From an uncultured bacterium (GTDB taxonomy: Bacteria; Bacillota_I; Bacilli_A; RFN20; CAG-826): a stretch of DNA of 64,000 bases. The number at the start of each line of letters is the position of its first letter. Position 1 is the stretch's first letter. Both the position numbers and the translations under genes were made by a program. Positions 38,004-48,180 of this stretch are shown here, piece after piece. Location of the stretch: the NCBI GenBank assembly GCA_949283025.1, contig CASDRB010000004.1, forward strand, positions 24,522-88,521. Direction: 5' to 3'. The notes beneath the pieces were generated by a model that saw only the letters and a program-made list of their open reading frames with translations, made no database searches and was not told the DNA's origin.

Positions 38004-41000
38004 TTGGAGCAAGCAGCAACAACAAGCAATCACCTCTATCAACACTAATGAATTAGTGAATGCAGGTGCAGGAAGTGGTAAAACCGCTGTTTTAAGCGAG
38101 CATGTTATATATTTGTTGGAAAATGGGTATCAGTTAAATGAAATGTTGATTATGACTTTTACCAATTTGGCCGCTAATGAAATGAAACAGCGCATCAAAA
38201 AAAAGATTGATGAAAAGCCTAATTTAAGAAAAAAGTTTTCTCATTTGGTTGATTCGTCACACATTGAAACATTTGATGCTTTTGCCTTGTTTTTAGTTAG
38301 GAAATATCATTATTTATTTGACATTGAAAAAAATGTCAATATCATTGATTCGTCTATTTTAAACATTCAAAAAAATAAAATATTAAATTGTATTTTTGAC
38401 AAAAAATACGAAGCCAATGATTTAAATTTTATTAATTTAATTAAAAAATATTGCGTTAAGTCAGATGATAATTTAAAAAATCTTGTTTTAGCAATTCATG
38501 AATTAAGCGAAAAAAAAGTTGATAAAAAAGAATATTTAACAAACTATATCCAAAAACATTACAGCGAAAATTTTATCGATGAATTAATTTTAATTCGCTT
38601 TAAAGAACTGCAAAAATCAATTATTTATTTAAAAAACGCCGCTAATACTTTGCAAGATGATAGAGATGTTGAATCATTAAATGTTTTTTTTGATAATTTA
38701 TTGCAATGCCAAAATTACGACGATTTATATGGCCAATTATTTTTGGTTTCATTTCCAAATAAACCTCGCACTTTGAAAAACTCAAATTTTGACGATAGTA
38801 AGAAACGTGAGTCAATTAAAAAAGAATATAAAAAATTATTGAAATCTATTGGCTTTAAAGAAGAAATAAAATCCAATTATTTTAATCAAAAAGAAGATGT
38901 CCAAACGTTAATTGGCATTGCTATTGAATTAGATAATGAATTAGATGAATTTAAAAGAAAACGCAATGTTTATGATTTTAGCGATATAGCTTTGATGGCG
39001 TTAAAAATAGTTGAAAATCAAAACATATTAAAAGAATTAAAATGTATTTTTAAATACATTATGGTAGATGAATATCAAGATACGTCTGATATTCAAGAAT
39101 CTTTGATTTTAAAATTAGCTAATAATAATGTGTTTATGGTTGGAGATGTCAAACAATCTATATATCGTTTTAGAAATGCTAATTGCAATATTTTCCAAGA
39201 GAAGTATAATCGCTATTCTACAAACAACGGTGGTCATAAAATTGACATGACCGCTAACTATCGTTCAAGAGAGGAATTGATTGACGATTTTAATTATGTT
39301 TTTTCAAACTTGATGAAGCCTGAATATAATTTAATTGACTATCTTGATGGTCATATCACCGAATTTGGGGAACAAAAATACAATCAGTTTAAAAACATAA
39401 AGCAAAAATACGGATTGAGTTTTTATCGTTATATTTTCGATAAAAATATTGGTTACGCCACTCAAGAAGCAAAAATAATCGCATCCGATATCATTCATAA
39501 AATTAATGAAAAATTCGAGATTTTTGATCGCGATATTAATAAATTGCGACCAGCATGTTTTTCTGATTTTGCGATTATTATCGATCGCGGTAGCGATTTT
39601 GATTATTATCGCCGCGTTTTTTCTGAATTTAATATTCCTCTTTTTGTGTTGGACGATGAAATTACAAATAAAAAAGATTTATTCATGATTGCTCGCAGTT
39701 TGATAATTGTCTATCATTCATTTATTAATCAAAATTTTGACAGCAAATTTAAACATGCATTTATTTCTTTGGCGCGTAGTTTTTTATGTGAATATGACGA
39801 TCAAAAAATTTATCAAATTATATTAAAAAATAATTATTGCGATGACGATATAATTCTTAAAATTAACAAAGTTTGTAAAGACTACCAACATCATAGTCTA
39901 AAGACAATTTTAATAGCTTTATTTGATGCGTTTGATTTTGTTAAAAAAATACAAAAAGTGGGGGATTATAATTCATATATTTATGATTACAATATCTCTA
40001 TTAATTTAATGGATACTTTGGATAAATTACACTATACATTGGATGATTGTGTTGAATACTTAGATGATTTAAAAACTAATAAAAGCGACATTAAAAATCC
40101 ACCAGTAAATGAATCAGAAAATGCAGTAACGTTGTTAAACATCCATAAATCCAAAGGATTAGAATATTCGATTTGTTATTACGCTGGAATTCATAAAGCA
40201 TTTAATAAAGATGATTTAAAAGGAAAGTTTGGGGTATCGTCTAAATATGGTATTTATCTGCCTATCGTTGAATCAAATAATTTAGAAAACATCGTTAAAT
40301 GTTTACATATTTCATTAGAAGAAAAGGAAGATTTTCAAGAAAAGCTAAGATTGTTATATGTAGCAATCACTAGAGCTAAAGAATGCGCCATTATTTTAAC
40401 TAGATCAAATTTAAGCAATCAACCCATTAATTTAACTAAAGCAAAAAGTTTTGAGCAAATGCTTTTTTCTATTAATTTCAACGATAAATATTATTGTGAT
40501 GTTAGTATTGATGAAGTTATGTTAAAAGAAAAAGATGTTGAAGATAATATTGACTTTCAATTGAAACAATCGCCAAAGTTTGATTTTATAAAAATTGAAA
40601 AAAAGAAGGCCTCTAAAACACTTTCTTTTTCAGTTGATGAATCAATTATTGAACTCGGAAACCAATTGCACAGCATTCTTGAACATTGCGATTTTGAAAG
40701 CAAAGACTTATCCTTTATTACAAATTCATATTGGAAACAAAAAATTGCAAACATTATTAATTTGCCAATTTTTAATAATGTTAAAAACGAACAAATTAGA
40801 CACGAATTCCCATTTTTTGATAATGATAATCAAGTATATGGAATCATCGATTTTTTGCTCATTAAAGACGATGAAATTGACATAATCGATTTTAAATTAA
40901 AAAATATTGATGATATTGCTTATTTAAAACAATTGCAAACATATTATAATTACATATCAACCATAGCAAATGGTCGAAAAATTAAAACATATTTAATTTC

Positions 41001-41043
41001 AATAATTGATGCGATTATTAAGGAGGTAAATTGCGATGAATAA
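37990..41043 (+). CDS. addA: AddA/RexA ATP-dependent helicase-nuclease
   Basis: AGAGSGKT, TFT..AA.EM, VDEYQD, VGDVKQSIYRFR, NYRS, IHKSKGLE, YVAITRA and C-terminal GIID..IDFK. Confidence 0.88.
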   Translation: MMAINWSKQQQQAITSINTNELVNAGAGSGKTAVLSEHVIYLLENGYQLNEMLIMTFTNLAANEMKQRIKKKIDEKPNLRKKFSHLVDSSHIETFDAFALFLVRKYHYLFDIEKNVNIIDSSILNIQKNKILNCIFDKKYEANDLNFINLIKKYCVKSDDNLKNLVLAIHELSEKKVDKKEYLTNYIQKHYSENFIDELILIRFKELQKSIIYLKNAANTLQDDRDVESLNVFFDNLLQCQNYDDLYGQLFLVSFPNKPRTLKNSNFDDSKKRESIKKEYKKLLKSIGFKEEIKSNYFNQKEDVQTLIGIAIELDNELDEFKRKRNVYDFSDIALMALKIVENQNILKELKCIFKYIMVDEYQDTSDIQESLILKLANNNVFMVGDVKQSIYRFRNANCNIFQEKYNRYSTNNGGHKIDMTANYRSREELIDDFNYVFSNLMKPEYNLIDYLDGHITEFGEQKYNQFKNIKQKYGLSFYRYIFDKNIGYATQEAKIIASDIIHKINEKFEIFDRDINKLRPACFSDFAIIIDRGSDFDYYRRVFSEFNIPLFVLDDEITNKKDLFMIARSLIIVYHSFINQNFDSKFKHAFISLARSFLCEYDDQKIYQIILKNNYCDDDIILKINKVCKDYQHHSLKTILIALFDAFDFVKKIQKVGDYNSYIYDYNISINLMDTLDKLHYTLDDCVEYLDDLKTNKSDIKNPPVNESENAVTLLNIHKSKGLEYSICYYAGIHKAFNKDDLKGKFGVSSKYGIYLPIVESNNLENIVKCLHISLEEKEDFQEKLRLLYVAITRAKECAIILTRSNLSNQPINLTKAKSFEQMLFSINFNDKYYCDVSIDEVMLKEKDVEDNIDFQLKQSPKFDFIKIEKKKASKTLSFSVDESIIELGNQLHSILEHCDFESKDLSFITNSYWKQKIANIINLPIFNNVKNEQIRHEFPFFDNDNQVYGIIDFLLIKDDEIDIIDFKLKNIDDIAYLKQLQTYYNYISTIANGRKIKTYLISIIDAIIKEVNCDE

Positions 41044-42145
41044 AAAATTAAACAAAGAAGATGTTTATAAAATATTGTCTTTAATCAAAACTCAAAAACC
41101 GATTGATTTTGATTATGTTTTTGAAATTTATGATACCTCTTATGGAGCAATTTTGAGTTTAGAAGAAAATAACATTATAAGATTAGGTCAGCCTATCAAT
41201 TCAATTAATTTGATTCAATATATAATTGGTGAATTGACATACAGCCTTTTAAAAAGAAATCAAGAAGAGACACAAAAATTTTTAAAAGATGAAAAAATAA
41301 AAATGCAGATGGCTTCCATAGTCGCTGATAAATATATGTCAATGGAATTATTCAATTACCATGAAAAAAGTTTGGGAAATAAATTTTTGCCACCAATTTC
41401 ATCTTTAGATACATATTTAAACTTTATGGGCAATATGCTTAACAAAACTCCAAAAAATAATCCAAGCGAAACATTGGTAATTGATTTGCTTGATAAATCT
41501 GTTAGCATCGCAAGGTGCGTTTTAGAATTGTTGTGTAAAGGTTTTGAAACCGAAGCTATGGCCTCTTGGAGAACGCTTCATGAATGCGAATGCACTTTAA
41601 TTTTGTTGGATAAGTATCGAAGGCCTTTGGTTGAGACATATTTAAAGCACATGCGATATGGCATAGCCTACCGTGGTGGAGTCGCTTCAAAAGAAGAAAC
41701 TGACAAAATCTTTGAACAAATTAAATCCGAAATGAAAGAACACGAATTAAAAAGCAAGGATATGAAAAAATTCATTGAGTATGGGTGGCTATATTATACT
41801 AAAGAAGGCGAAGTGGAAAATTTTAAATTGAATTTTAGAGATGGCTTACAAACTGCTGCTGGATTGCATTCTTATTCAAAAATCTATGAAGCGTCTTCTG
41901 AAATTGTCCATTCGACGCCGATGCTTATTTATTCAAACAAAGTCTATTATTATTTGTTAACATTGTTAAATTTATATGAATCGTTTTTTCGAATTGAAAA
42001 AATTTTTAGCGATTATTTCTTCGCTAAGTCATTTCAATCTCAAATGGGACAATACAATCAAATGAGAAATATTTATTATTCACAGCTCATCTCAATTTAT
42101 AAAAACGAAAGAGAAAGGTTTGATAGCCTTGTAAAAATAAAATAA
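41036..42145 (+). CDS. Conserved hypothetical protein, DUF5677-like
   Basis: EA...WR.LHE, YGW, Y..SS..VH pattern recalled for DUF5677. Overlaps the addA stop. Confidence 0.6.
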   Translation: MNKKLNKEDVYKILSLIKTQKPIDFDYVFEIYDTSYGAILSLEENNIIRLGQPINSINLIQYIIGELTYSLLKRNQEETQKFLKDEKIKMQMASIVADKYMSMELFNYHEKSLGNKFLPPISSLDTYLNFMGNMLNKTPKNNPSETLVIDLLDKSVSIARCVLELLCKGFETEAMASWRTLHECECTLILLDKYRRPLVETYLKHMRYGIAYRGGVASKEETDKIFEQIKSEMKEHELKSKDMKKFIEYGWLYYTKEGEVENFKLNFRDGLQTAAGLHSYSKIYEASSEIVHSTPMLIYSNKVYYYLLTLLNLYESFFRIEKIFSDYFFAKSFQSQMGQYNQMRNIYYSQLISIYKNERERFDSLVKIK

Positions 42146-42196
42146 AAAACTCCACAATTGAACTAGTCAACGAAAAGTAGACAGTTCAAAAAAGCA

Positions 42197-43100
42197 TCAA
42201 TACCCCATGTCAGTTTTATACTGATGTGGGGTTTTATATTTTAGGCAATACATCGGACGCTCATAGTTGTAATAATTGATGTAATATTTTATCAAAGATA
42301 AAACATCATCACATTTCTTCAAATTAAAATCGATGTATAGTTCGTCTTTAATCCATCCGTTTAGAGATTCATCTATTGGATTATCTGTCGGAGTTCCTGC
42401 TCGAGACATTGAATGAATAATGTTATTATTAGTTAGAAGCTTGTTAAAGGCTTCAAAAGAATAAACCGAACCTTGATCTGTATGCAACGTAGATAAGTTG
42501 GTTTGTTCTTTTTCTTTTATTAAACCTATAACTTGTTCCAATCCTTCAAAATATGGTTTCACATCACCTTTTCAATCAGTTAATCCAAATCCCACAATTT
42601 CACGGTTGAATGTATCGAAATATAATGTGAGTTCATAATAGACTCCTCTGGAATAAAAGCACGTCATATCTGATACGATGATTTGCAATGGTTTAGATGA
42701 ATTCCAGTTATTCCATATAAGATTTGGATAGATATAACCGCTTTCTCCTGGCTTCTTGTATCGATAATGTTTTGATTCGCACATTATCCCTGCATGCTTT
42801 CTGCATCTATAGACATATTCAGGTGACATGATCACTCCATGATGTTTTTTGATATAGGCCGCTAACCAACGATAACCATAAGCTTTATGTTTAGATGATT
42901 GTTCTTTAATATATTCCACATCCTTCATTCTTTGGATATGCCTTGTTGATGGATGAGCTTTACGATATTTCCATTTATAATATCCACTTCGATTGATATC
43001 CATAACATTACATAGTAATGAAACGGGATATTGCTTTGATAATTCTTCTAAGACTTCGTATTCAAGTCTTTGATAGTAACGTATTCCTTTTTTGAACCAA
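42197..43100 (-). pseudogene. IS3 OrfB DDE transposase interrupted by an in-frame TGA at 42572-42574
   Basis: LC....INRSGYYKW, YGYR, VSDMT, HTDQGSVY, SR.GTP.DN..E, YNYER. The junction reads GLTD*KGDVKPY. Confidence 0.88.
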
Positions 43101-43106
43101 CTCCTT

Positions 43107-43433
43107 TCACTTGGTACCCTTTTTTAATCGGGCTACCTCAATCTTTAGTTTCATGTTTTCAAATTCTAATTCCTCTTCTTTGGAAAGATGCTTTCTGTTT
43201 TGATACTTGGATAATGGATTACCTTTACTGCCTGCTGTACTTTTTCCAGTTTGGCTTTTTAATCCGTCAATACCATACATACGGTATTTGTCTCGCCATC
43301 TTCCTAATAATCGCGCACTAACGCCATATTTTTGGGCCGTTTTTCTTCGACCTTTTTGATAGCTCTCAAGAACAATTGTTTCTTTTTCTTCGGGGCTTCT
43401 CATTATGTTTTTTGTTCCTTCTGGTCTTCCCAT
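43107..43433 (-). CDS. IS3 OrfA (HTH), ending at an A6G slippery site
   Basis: EEK..IV, TAQKYGVS....RW...Y...G..GL, LKIEVARLKK. Confidence 0.85.
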   Translation of the reverse strand: MGRPEGTKNIMRSPEEKETIVLESYQKGRRKTAQKYGVSARLLGRWRDKYRMYGIDGLKSQTGKSTAGSKGNPLSKYQNRKHLSKEEELEFENMKLKIEVARLKKGTK

Positions 43434-43537
43434 TCAATAACCTCCTTTTCAATAGAATAGCAAAAGAAAAAGTGGATAGGATTCTTTTTTACCCTTGTCC
43501 ACTTTTATACTAGCACTTCACAAATGTGGAGTTATTT

Positions 43538-45178
43538 TTATACATCAGCGTAACAACTTCCGCCGATAAATTCGCGGAATACAGAATTGCACGGCACCCA
43601 TTCATCGCTTAAATCATCAAAGAATTTTAACATTCTTATTAAACGTTCTGCCATGGGGAAGTGTTTAGAATCGCGATCTATTTTTTCTAATAGCGGCATC
43701 GCATATTTTTTCATGACGCTCAATTCGTAAACCAAGAATGAATTAAATACATAATCAGCTCCTTCTTGATTGTCATAAATCCATTTAAATTCGCCCTTTC
43801 TAACGCTTGGCCACATTTCTAATGTGTCGATTGCGGACGCATTTCTAAACTGATAGTCTCTCACAATACGTCGCAACAATCTCAAGTCTGTCAACGATAA
43901 TGGGTTGTGATTGTCATATTGTATTTGAGCTTGTGGAGCAATGTATATTTTAAATTTTTGATGTCGCGGAATAGATATAGTCAATTGATCGTTTAAGGCG
44001 TGAATTCCTTCAATAATGAGCGGTTGATTATCGTTTATTTTAATGACTCGACCAGGTACACGTTTTCCCAATTGGAAATCAAATTTAGGAAGTTGAACTT
44101 CTAATCCTTCAATTAAGTCCGCAATATTTTTGTTAAATAATTCAACATCTAATGCGCGAATATCTTCCAAATCGGGTTCTCCATTTTCATCTTTTGGGAC
44201 TAAATCTTTGCTCAAATAATAATCGTCAATCGAAATCCTAATTGGTTTAATACCACGGCTTAATAATTCGATTCTTAAACGATTAGCAAATGTAGTTTTT
44301 CCACTTGAAGAAGGTCCGGCGATGCAAATCAATCTAACCGACTCGATTTCTTGTTCGATTAAATCTCCAAGTTCGGCAAATTGACCATTATGAGTATGTT
44401 CGCACATATTGATAAAGTCAACCGCACCATAATTTCTTGTCATTTCATTAATTCCACTGATAGTGTCAATTCCAGTTAAAGCTGCCCAAGCGTGAGCTCT
44501 TTTTAAAGTTCTTCCATATGTTGGCGCATCTTTGAATTCAGGAATAGTTCCTCCGCATTCATATCGTGGATATTGAATAATGATTCCAGGAGAATAAAAT
44601 CTTATTTTCCATTTGTTGATATAACCAGTTGATGGAACCATACGTTCATACATATAGTTTCGATATGTTCCGCAAGTGTACATATGAGCATCTTTTTCTG
44701 GACGATACTCTAGAAGGGCTAGTTTATCTAAAAAACCTTCGTCTTTAAAAATTTTAGCAGCATCTTCTTTGGCAATTTTTGATCTGACCATTGGAAGGTC
44801 AGCAGCCACTAAACGTTCCATTTCCTTGACTAATTCAAGAGTTAGTTTAGTGGTGGCAATCTTTCTGCCGTTTAAAATTTGTAAAAAAACAGATCGTGAG
44901 ATATTGTAAGAAAATCGGAAGCTAACTTCGGGCGCAATATTATACATGGCCATCGCTACTAGATAACGAACAGAAGCTTCATAGATTTTTATTGAATCTC
45001 GATCTTTGCATGTTAAAGGTTCGACAACACAGTCACTATCTAACATGTAAGTCAATTCTCTAACGCGATTGTTGATACGGGCACACACATAGTCGCGATT
45101 ATCACCGACGACATCAAGGATAGAAACAGCCTTGTTGTAGTGTTTTTCTTCACCGTTAAATTTTACAGTAAACCCCAT
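43538..45178 (-). CDS. Nucleoside/uridine kinase fused to an N-terminal ThrRS-like (TGS/second additional) domain
   Basis: N-terminal N....EL, ...VPSTG. C-terminal AGPSSSGKTT, EGIHALN, R..RR.VRD...R. Confidence 0.85.
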   Translation of the reverse strand: MGFTVKFNGEEKHYNKAVSILDVVGDNRDYVCARINNRVRELTYMLDSDCVVEPLTCKDRDSIKIYEASVRYLVAMAMYNIAPEVSFRFSYNISRSVFLQILNGRKIATTKLTLELVKEMERLVAADLPMVRSKIAKEDAAKIFKDEGFLDKLALLEYRPEKDAHMYTCGTYRNYMYERMVPSTGYINKWKIRFYSPGIIIQYPRYECGGTIPEFKDAPTYGRTLKRAHAWAALTGIDTISGINEMTRNYGAVDFINMCEHTHNGQFAELGDLIEQEIESVRLICIAGPSSSGKTTFANRLRIELLSRGIKPIRISIDDYYLSKDLVPKDENGEPDLEDIRALDVELFNKNIADLIEGLEVQLPKFDFQLGKRVPGRVIKINDNQPLIIEGIHALNDQLTISIPRHQKFKIYIAPQAQIQYDNHNPLSLTDLRLLRRIVRDYQFRNASAIDTLEMWPSVRKGEFKWIYDNQEGADYVFNSFLVYELSVMKKYAMPLLEKIDRDSKHFPMAERLIRMLKFFDDLSDEWVPCNSVFREFIGGSCYADV

Positions 45179-45554
45179 TAATCATACCTCCTTTTTTCTA
45201 ACCTATATTATTGTATTTTATTCCTAATACATTGTAAACTAATTTGGTTTTAATTGATTTATCAAAAATAAGTTGTTTGCGACGTTAATGTGTTTGCTTT
45301 AAAAAAATATAATGCAATCGCCTGGTTTTTAAATATAAAGCTTTTGTATAAAATTTAGATGTTTTAAAGAAAATTTTTAAAAAATAAAATCAAAATATGT
45401 ATATATTATTCGAATGAAAACATATTGATATTTTAACTACGCACATTTTCATCATAAATAACTAAAAAATAAAATTTCTATACAATCTTTCTTATTTTTA
45501 TTTAAAACAACATTTGTAAATGATATAATTCTTATGAATTATGAGAGGGTATTT

Positions 45555-46757
45555 ATGAAAAAAAACATGGTTTATATTCAAAGCGGTGGTCCCACAACCG
45601 TTATTAATTCATCGTTATATGGTGCAATTAGAGAAGCGCAAAGACATCCAGATGTGATAGGCTTGATTTTTGGTTCTTTGCATGGAATTGAAGGTTTGAT
45701 TAACGATGATTTGATAATTTTAAATGAAGAAGATGATAAAGAAATCGAATTATTAAAGCAAACTAGCGGTGCCATTTTAGGTTCTACGCGAATGAAACTC
45801 CCCAAGGATTATCATGATCCTGTTTATTATCAAATAACTGAAAATATTAAAAAGCACAACATTGGTTATATTTTTATAAATGGTGGAAACGATTCTATGG
45901 ATACTTGCCATCGTATTTCTGAATTGTGCGATGAATTAGGCTTAGATGTGCATGTTATTGGTGTGCCAAAAACAATCGATAATGATTTAGCTGTTACTGA
46001 TCATTCTCTTGGTTTTGGCAGTGCAGCAAAATATGTCATCAACTGTGTTGCCCAAATTTCTATTGATGCCCGTTGTTTTCGCAAAGGTAAAGTGCACATT
46101 GTTGAAATCATGGGTAGAAGTGCTGGTTGGCTTACCGCTTCCACCGATTTGTTAGACGATGATGTTCGTCCTGATTTAATTTATATTCCTGAAATTAAAT
46201 TCACTATTCCACAATTTTTAGAAGATGTTAGAAAAATTTATGCTAAAAAAGGAAGCGTAATTATTGCATTAAGCGAAGGTGTCGATTTTCCTCGTGCATG
46301 TTATTCTGGCCCAGTCGATGCTTTTGGGCATGCTCAATTAGAAGGTATCGCTGACGAATTAGCCGAACACGTTAAAGAAAAACTCAAATTACCAATCAGA
46401 GTTATTGAATTAAGCGTTCCGCAAAGAGCTTTTGCTCCAACTATGTCGAAAATTGACCAAGAAGAAGCGATTAAAACTGGCGAAGAAGCGGTTAAAGCAG
46501 CATTGAAAGGAGAAAAAGGCAAAATGGTTGTCCTTCATCGTTTGAGCAATTCTCCTTATAAAATAGAATACGAAATTGAAGATGTTGGTTTAATTGCCAA
46601 TGCAGTAAGAATGATTCCTGATCGATTTATTGCTGATCAAACAAGAATGGATCCAGAATTTAAAGAGTACATTGAACCATTAATTCAAGGCGAAGTCGAT
46701 ATCGCTTATGAAAAAGGAATTGTAAAATTCACTCATTTTAAAAAAATTAAGGCTTAA
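45555..46757 (+). CDS. Phosphofructokinase, PPi-dependent type
   Basis: QSGGPT.VIN, GGNDS (Asp at the PPi-determining position), PKTIDND, MGR.AGW. Confidence 0.88.
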   Translation: MKKNMVYIQSGGPTTVINSSLYGAIREAQRHPDVIGLIFGSLHGIEGLINDDLIILNEEDDKEIELLKQTSGAILGSTRMKLPKDYHDPVYYQITENIKKHNIGYIFINGGNDSMDTCHRISELCDELGLDVHVIGVPKTIDNDLAVTDHSLGFGSAAKYVINCVAQISIDARCFRKGKVHIVEIMGRSAGWLTASTDLLDDDVRPDLIYIPEIKFTIPQFLEDVRKIYAKKGSVIIALSEGVDFPRACYSGPVDAFGHAQLEGIADELAEHVKEKLKLPIRVIELSVPQRAFAPTMSKIDQEEAIKTGEEAVKAALKGEKGKMVVLHRLSNSPYKIEYEIEDVGLIANAVRMIPDRFIADQTRMDPEFKEYIEPLIQGEVDIAYEKGIVKFTHFKKIKA

Positions 46758-46759
46758 TT

Positions 46760-47158
46760 ATGAATTGGTTTATAAAGTTAAGTTTATTAAAAAAAGTCAC
46801 AGCTACGACATTATTTGCTACTATCTTTATCTTTATTTTTTGCATACCATGTATGTTTTTTGGATATCAAGATATTGCTTTTGGTGTTTTGTTGGGTGGA
46901 CTTGGCAGTTGTGCAAGCTTCGCTTTATTTACTATTAAAGAAGACAAATTATCTCCTAAGGCATCAATGCATCTATCTATTGTTTTTGTTGTATGTATGG
47001 CTTTGATTCATGCTTCAACCATCATTTTAGCGGGATGTTTATCTTATTTATGTCATATTTATGTTTTTAATATATTTGCCACATTTATTTCATCTTTTAT
47101 TGGACTAATGTGTTTTATTGTCTTAGTGATGATTGATAACAAAAAGGAAAATAAGTAA
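46760..47158 (+). CDS. AtpI-like membrane protein
   Basis: Four TMs, 132 aa, immediately upstream of atpB. Confidence 0.6.
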   Translation: MNWFIKLSLLKKVTATTLFATIFIFIFCIPCMFFGYQDIAFGVLLGGLGSCASFALFTIKEDKLSPKASMHLSIVFVVCMALIHASTIILAGCLSYLCHIYVFNIFATFISSFIGLMCFIVLVMIDNKKENK

Positions 47159-47160
47159 TA

Positions 47161-47934
47161 ATGAATACATCAAAATTATTAGAATTATTGTTAGCTAAAC
47201 CTTGGGAGTGGAGCGACGAAACTGTCGGTTCTTTATTTTCCTCATTGGTTTGTATGCTGATTATTTTAATAGCGGTTATTATTGTAAATATTAAAGCGCG
47301 TTTTGTTAATCCATTAAAAAAGCCAAAAGGTTTAATGTTCTTTTTTGAAACAGGCGTTAATTTTTTTGATGGAATGGCATCAGATTTAATGGGACCATCA
47401 TTTAAAAATTTTGGTGGTTATATTTTTGCTATATCTTGTTATTTATTTTTGGCATTCATTTTTGGTTTGACAGGATTGCCATCACCGATGACTAATTTAT
47501 CAGTTCCTTTATCTTTGGGGTTAATGACATTTGTTTTGATTCACGCTACATCAATTCGATATACAAAATGGAAATATTTTAAACGATATGTCGATCCGCT
47601 TCCAATTTTCTTACCGATAAATTTATTGTCGATGTGGGCGCCTTTATTGTCATTGACGTTCCGTCTTTTTGGCAATGCTTTAGCTGGTTGGACCTTGATG
47701 AGCGTCGTCTATTATGCTTTAGAATCTTTATCGCAAATGATTTTTGGATTTATTTCTTCTCCAGAAGGATTAAATACCATCTTTATTGCTCCTTTTATTA
47801 CCCCAATTCTACATGCCTATTTTGATTTATTTTCGGCTTTTATTCAAACGGCAGTCTTTATTATGCTGACGATGCTTTTTGTCGCAAACGAAGTGCCGGA
47901 TGAAGAAGATATAAAAGAAAAACTTGCAGTGTAA
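47161..47934 (+). CDS. atpB: ATP synthase F0 subunit a
   Basis: SLTFRLFGN, FD.F...IQ..VF.ML. Confidence 0.93.
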   Translation: MNTSKLLELLLAKPWEWSDETVGSLFSSLVCMLIILIAVIIVNIKARFVNPLKKPKGLMFFFETGVNFFDGMASDLMGPSFKNFGGYIFAISCYLFLAFIFGLTGLPSPMTNLSVPLSLGLMTFVLIHATSIRYTKWKYFKRYVDPLPIFLPINLLSMWAPLLSLTFRLFGNALAGWTLMSVVYYALESLSQMIFGFISSPEGLNTIFIAPFITPILHAYFDLFSAFIQTAVFIMLTMLFVANEVPDEEDIKEKLAV

Positions 47935-47948
47935 GGAGGAAAACTACA

Positions 47949-48176
47949 ATGACAGACACTGGATTAAAACTTTTAGCTGCTGCTATTGCTATTTTTGCAG
48001 GTGCTGGAAATGCTATTGGTGAAGGTATTCTTTGCGCACATGCCTTGGATGGTATGGCAAGAAACCCTGAATCATACAAAAATTTAAGAACATCAATGAT
48101 TCTTGGCTGCGCTTTAGTCGAAACGACAGGTATCTATGCCTTATTGATCGCTTTATTGATTTTATTTATCGGTTAA
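47949..48176 (+). CDS. atpE: ATP synthase F0 subunit c (Na+-type signature)
   Basis: G.G..IGEG, ARNPE, VETTGIY. Confidence 0.95.
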   Translation: MTDTGLKLLAAAIAIFAGAGNAIGEGILCAHALDGMARNPESYKNLRTSMILGCALVETTGIYALLIALLILFIG

Positions 48177-48180
48177 TTTC

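Larger units (their letters stand above)
42159..43520 (-). mobile_element. IS3 family (IS150-like) insertion sequence, probably inactive
   Basis: TG...CA ends with imperfect IRs (TGAACTAGTCAACGAAAAGTAGACA vs TGAAGTGCTAGTATAAAAGTGGACA). Contains an HTH orfA and a DDE orfB. Confidence 0.92.

Noticed and set aside
42572-42574. In-frame TGA in the transposase as evidence of TGA=Trp recoding (code 4)
   Set aside because: Host genes use TGG for Trp and several end in TGA (sigma, CotH, pepT, atpC). A nonsense mutation from an Arg codon is simpler.
45180-45550. Long AT-rich intergenic region as a replication origin or ncRNA
   Set aside because: No DnaA-box cluster or stable structure is seen. It is consistent with divergent promoters.
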